Below, piece by piece: positions 15,991 through 20,000 of a stretch of 20,000 nucleotides of DNA. This stretch comes from Thraustochytrium aureum (Eukaryota), in NCBI GenBank assembly GCA_012862495.1, contig BLSG01000385.1, positions 58,361 through 78,360 on the forward strand, in the 5' to 3' direction. Both the position numbers and the translations under genes were made by a program. Position 1 is the first letter of the stretch. The number at the start of each line of letters is the position of its first letter. The notes under the pieces were generated by a model. The model did not search any database. It had not been told where the DNA came from and saw only the letters and a list, made by a program, of their open reading frames with translations.

Positions 15991-18795
15991 TTGGCGCAAG
16001 GACGGCCACCAGTCCCAGCAACGGACTCTCGGCCAAGCCAAGCACCTCCACCCTTTGCGAATGGTGCGGCGGGGCCGCGGGGCGCCACGCACGACGAAGC
16101 CGCCACATTCCCGACCCCAAGCCCCGCGGCGGCCAAGTCAAAGTACAGAGAAGGCCTTCTGGAACTAGAACGGGCGCAGCGCGAACTGCGCGGCAAGCTT
16201 GCTGCGCGCGAGCGCGAGCTCAGACTCCAAGTGGCCGGCCTTGAGCTGGAGAACAGCTCGCTGAGGTCCGAAAATGCCAGGCTCCGCTGGGAGCCCAAAA
16301 AGGCTCGAGACGGCCTCGTGCTCTTGTGCGTCTCGCTGTCGAGCGCTTTCACCCTTGTGTGCTTTGCGCTTTTTGCAATGGGCGAGCGCCAGCTGGGACC
16401 CGAGCGCCCTTGGGAGGACCACCTTCAGGGCTTTGCACTTCTTGTGCTTGGCTCGGTTCTGCTCTTCGGCGCTGTCCCACTGACGCACCTCAGCGGGCAG
16501 TACTTGTACGGGCGGGTGGGGTTTCGCTTCTACCAGCCTGGCGAGGGAGGCGGTACCTACGTCATCCTGCAGGCGTTCGGGTGGGGCTTTTACGGCCTCT
16601 TCCTCACGCTTGTGTTGAGCTCGTTCCTGGCAAACCGTACGTACGGCCTCGCGACCGCGTCTGGCGCCTCTGGCGTCGTTGCTCAGGTCCTCATGGTGAG
16701 CTCGCTCCTGAGCTTTCGGCCCAGTCCCAGCCGCGCTGGGCGCGGGCGCGGCGACTCGGACGGGTACTCGAGCGGCGGGAGCACGTCCTACAACAGCGAG
16801 GACGAGACCCAGTCTTCGACGAGCGGCGCAGCCGACGCCGCAGGCAAGGACTTGCGAGACGCGCGCGTGGCGAGGCGCAAGCAGCACGGACGGCACCGCT
16901 CCAGCGGCGAGCTCAAGAACGCGGCCGACATCGGCATGGAGTTCGACCTCTGGCTCGACGCCGACCTGAGCTGGAACGCGGGTCGCACGAGCTTTCGCAT
17001 GGACACCGACACGGCTCTCTTTGCGGCGTTCATGGCACTGCAGTTTTCGCTAGTAGTGATTTCGCTCGCTCTGGGCTTTATCGCGGAGCGCGCAGCGTTT
17101 GACAACACGCACCGCGTCCTGTGCGGCTCGTACGCGGTGCTGCTCTTGGTGGTGGCGGCGCTGCTCACTCACGGCCTTGGCGGCTCGCTCTCGCATAGGG
17201 CCTCATGGAAGGCCTTCAGGCCCTTCGCGGGCGGCACCCAGTTTCTCTTGCTGCAAGGGATCGTGTGGGGCGTGTTCGGGCTCTGCCTGGCCTCCCAAGC
17301 CTCCTTCCTTGGCGTCCCAGTGTACCTGTCGAGCCAGCTCGTGTCCGTCACGGGCATGCCCATGACCTCCGCCGGCGTGGTTGCTCTCCTAGGCCACCTG
17401 CTGCTGGTGCTCTCCATCAGCTACTACCGCGACCACGAGCGCGAGGCCAAGTCGGTGGCGGCGCGGGGAGCGGACGCCCTGCCTGCCCGTCTGGCGGCAG
17501 CTGCCAGCAAGTACAGGTTTGAGCAGCTGCGTGATGTTGCTGCGCTCGAGCGCATGGCCGCGAGAATGGCGCGCTTCTCCGGCGCACGGGCGGTCTTTGG
17601 CACGGCGCTGGTGGCCTCGCTCTGCAACACCCAGTACTTGATCTTTGTGTTTGCGACCCTCATGTTTTACGCCCCGCTTCCACTGCTCTGCTCGGCAGGT
17701 GCCAGCGCGTACTGCGTGGAGCAGCCCGAGGACACCTTCGCGGCGCTGCAAAAGTTTAGCGCTTGCATATGCGTGTTCACAATTGGCTACTCTGTGCTCA
17801 AGACGTTCAACGTGGTGGGGACGGTGCGCATCGTCACGCTCATCACGCTCACTGCCGCGCCCGTGTTCATGACGCTCTACATGCACCGAGACTCGGCGCT
17901 GCAGACCCAGCTGCGCGTCATTTGCGCGCTTTTCGTCATGTACAACTACAAGACGTACGGAGGGACGCCGGAGCTGAGCGGGTGCCGCGAGTGGCGCGCG
18001 TTTCGCAACGCGCACTGGATCTGGGACCTGTTCCAGGACTACCAAGGTGCCGAGCTGATCGCGGACGAAAGGCTCGACGCCTTCGAGGCGGAGGACGGCG
18101 GCCACACCCTCGGCTCGCCTGGGTCGTCCGTCCGCAAAGCCATCTGCTGCTTTCATCCCCATGGGATCTTTCCCACAACGCTGATCTGGATGCCGAACGC
18201 GCGCATGTTCCGCGACAGGTTCCCAGGCTGGACCCTCACGTCGATGACAGCGTCAATTATCCACCTCACGCCGCTCATGCGGGATGTGGCGCAATGGGCA
18301 GGGGTCCGCGACGTTGGCCGGGCTTCCGTCGAACATGCCCTCAAGACAGACTGCTCGCCCATGCTCGTCGTCGGGGGCCAGAGCGAGATGTTTCTCTCCA
18401 AGAGCTGGACCGAGGAGATCGATGTGCATCGCCGTCACCGCGGGTTTGTGCGCATGGCGATTCGCCACGGCGTCCCCCTCGTTCCTGTCTTTTCGTTCGG
18501 GGAACACAAGGCGATGGACAACGTGCACCTACCGGGGATCCAGGCCTGGTTCAAGGAGCGCCTCGGCTTTCCCATCCCATACTTTCCATACGGCCGCTGG
18601 CTGCTCCCGGTCACTCGCCGGACGCCGGTCACCGTTTGCGTTGGTGCGCCCGTTCATCCTCTAGGGCGGTCTGCGTCGCCGACCAAGGCCGAGATCGACG
18701 AGCTGCATGGCCGCTATTTTGCAGCCTTGAACGACCTCTTCGAGCGCAACAAGGCGCGGAGCGGCTTTCCCGCCGCAACCATCAAGTGGGCTTGA
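15991..18795 (+). CDS. DGAT2: DGAT2/MOGAT-family acyltransferase with a long multi-transmembrane N-terminal extension (thraustochytrid DGAT2C-like); main exon, first exon probably upstream
   Basis: C-terminal DAGAT domain with FHPHGIF (HPHG at 18154-18165), VVGGQSE, RHRGFVRMAIRHGVPLVPVFSFGE, VCVGAP and IDELHGRYFAALNDLFE. The N-terminus has a coiled coil and many TM helices. The track start is TTG, with an in-frame TGA at 15970 and a CGCAG acceptor-like site at 15985-15989. Confidence 0.93.
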   Translation: MAQGRPPVPATDSRPSQAPPPFANGAAGPRGATHDEAATFPTPSPAAAKSKYREGLLELERAQRELRGKLAARERELRLQVAGLELENSSLRSENARLRWEPKKARDGLVLLCVSLSSAFTLVCFALFAMGERQLGPERPWEDHLQGFALLVLGSVLLFGAVPLTHLSGQYLYGRVGFRFYQPGEGGGTYVILQAFGWGFYGLFLTLVLSSFLANRTYGLATASGASGVVAQVLMVSSLLSFRPSPSRAGRGRGDSDGYSSGGSTSYNSEDETQSSTSGAADAAGKDLRDARVARRKQHGRHRSSGELKNAADIGMEFDLWLDADLSWNAGRTSFRMDTDTALFAAFMALQFSLVVISLALGFIAERAAFDNTHRVLCGSYAVLLLVVAALLTHGLGGSLSHRASWKAFRPFAGGTQFLLLQGIVWGVFGLCLASQASFLGVPVYLSSQLVSVTGMPMTSAGVVALLGHLLLVLSISYYRDHEREAKSVAARGADALPARLAAAASKYRFEQLRDVAALERMAARMARFSGARAVFGTALVASLCNTQYLIFVFATLMFYAPLPLLCSAGASAYCVEQPEDTFAALQKFSACICVFTIGYSVLKTFNVVGTVRIVTLITLTAAPVFMTLYMHRDSALQTQLRVICALFVMYNYKTYGGTPELSGCREWRAFRNAHWIWDLFQDYQGAELIADERLDAFEAEDGGHTLGSPGSSVRKAICCFHPHGIFPTTLIWMPNARMFRDRFPGWTLTSMTASIIHLTPLMRDVAQWAGVRDVGRASVEHALKTDCSPMLVVGGQSEMFLSKSWTEEIDVHRRHRGFVRMAIRHGVPLVPVFSFGEHKAMDNVHLPGIQAWFKERLGFPIPYFPYGRWLLPVTRRTPVTVCVGAPVHPLGRSASPTKAEIDELHGRYFAALNDLFERNKARSGFPAATIKWA

Positions 18796-19716
18796 CGGTC
18801 CGGGGCTTCCTGTGGCGCTTCCAGGGTTGGGTTAGGTTTCGACAGGCACAGAATCAACTTCTTTTCTCTTCGTGACCTGTCGTCCGTGAAGGCATGCATG
18901 TTGGCGTTGAAATGTCTCGATCATCTCTGAAAACTCTCGTCTCTCGCGCGTGGAAAGCAAACGCAACGCTCGGCATCGCGATCCGTATCGGCGCCGCCTC
19001 GTGCCAGCAAGTTGGTGCTCGTGCCATGCCCAGGAGCCCCCGCAGCGGAGCGGCCGTGCGTGAGACGGAAGGGGGCGCAGCACAACGGGGACGGGGGCTG
19101 GAAGGATCGACGACGTGGCCTCAGTCCGTGAGAACAGCCGATGCCAGCCAGCTTCACGGCAGGCAAAGTCGCGCGGACGCGCCAACCTCGCCCTTCGCAA
19201 AACTGGGCTCGTGGCGGATCGCAACTTTAAACGCCGCGCGGCACTTTCATAGCCGCTTAGCACGCTCGCTGTCCTTGCTCTTTAGGAGAGGGAAACGAAA
19301 ATTTGCGCCAAGGGGGCACGCAAGGGCCCAATCGCAGTAATTAACGACATATCGCGTCAACATTGCTCCAAAACCTTATTCATAATCATTATTATAGTCA
19401 GATGTTATTCCGATAATTGGACGCTAGTTGCGAAGTAGTGGCGCAATTGGCATTTGGGTCTGTCACAAGTGCGTGCAATACTACGACTACTTTCTCATCA
19501 TCAGTGAGTACTCTGGGTCCTGGCAGGCCGGTTTGGAGGTTGAATTGGCCTTGCAGAGCCCGATTGCCACGAGTCTCGTCACTTTGCGCGCGGCCAACGC
19601 GGTGGACGCCCGATTCCCCGCTGAAGCGCGCCGCTGCACCGCGCCGCTGCACCGCGCCGGCCTGTGCAAGAGCGCCCCGATTTTCGCAAGTCGAGCCGAA
19701 GGCAGAGTTGGCGGAG

Positions 19717-20000
19717 ATGAAGCTCACGAAAGCCGCCGCGGTCCTCCTCGTGCTTGCTGCTGCTGCCTCGAGCGGCGACGCGGCGAGCGCGGTCGGCCGG
19801 ACTACAAGCGTTGGAGAGGCGCGAGGGTTGGAAGTCGCGCATCATGCGGCTGGCGCCTCTGCGCGCGAGCTGCAGATTCCGGGCCTCGATGATATCCTCG
19901 ACAAACTGCTGGGCAACCTGCCGCAGGAGCTCAAGGACCTTATTCAGCAGATCCTCGCGAGCGATGACATCGCGAACGCCATCGACAAGATCAAGGACCT
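19717..20000 (+). CDS. Secreted protein, N-terminal part (runs off window)
   Basis: Manual translation: MKLTKAAAVLLVLAAAASSGDA ASAVGRTTSVGEARGLEVAHHAAGASARELQIPGLDDILDKLLGNLPQELKDLIQQILASDDIANAIDKIKD. Signal peptide, strong GC3 bias and no stop; absent from the ORF track. Confidence 0.85.
   Translation, partial: MKLTKAAAVLLVLAAAASSGDAASAVGRTTSVGEARGLEVAHHAAGASARELQIPGLDDILDKLLGNLPQELKDLIQQILASDDIANAIDKIKD

Noticed and set aside
17763..18875. 370-aa overlapping ORF within DGAT2
   Set aside because: Arg/Pro/Ala-rich off-frame translation expected from high GC3.
18796..19716. Short ORFs and an AT-rich patch (~19335-19420)
   Set aside because: Ordinary intergenic sequence; I could not recognise a tRNA, snRNA or snoRNA structure.
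1..20000. A functional multi-gene cluster, CRISPR array or mobile element
   Set aside because: The neighbouring genes have unrelated functions, as is normal for a eukaryotic chromosome. There are no spaced direct repeats, LTRs, TIRs, or transposase, RT or integrase motifs. Gap contents cannot be assessed.

Overview
GC-rich, gene-dense, intron-poor eukaryotic scaffold with five N-gaps (3593-4344, 6585-7000, 12507-13396, 13900-14397, 15806-15931). Gene content and compound microsatellites suggest a stramenopile, most likely a thraustochytrid (inference). I read eight probable genes. (1) A >=1194-codon minus-strand chromatin protein missing from the ORF track (DDT, degenerate bromodomain, WHIM1, SH3/Tudor-like, Cys/His finger). 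(2) A PH-domain CAMK-like kinase with altered catalytic motifs. (3) A small unknown protein. (4) A secreted, probably GPI-anchored, modular Cys-rich protein. (5) CNOT11. (6) A gap-interrupted acidic/membrane protein with an unexplained reading-frame switch. (7) A DGAT2-family acyltransferase with a duplicated 4-TM N-terminal module (DGAT2C-like). (8) The start of a secreted protein, also missing from the track. The 1473-aa track ORF is an artefact of reading through gaps. I found no mobile element, RNA gene, CRISPR array or coherent multi-gene system; the interest lies in individual protein architectures. All domain calls are by-eye motif recognition, not database searches.
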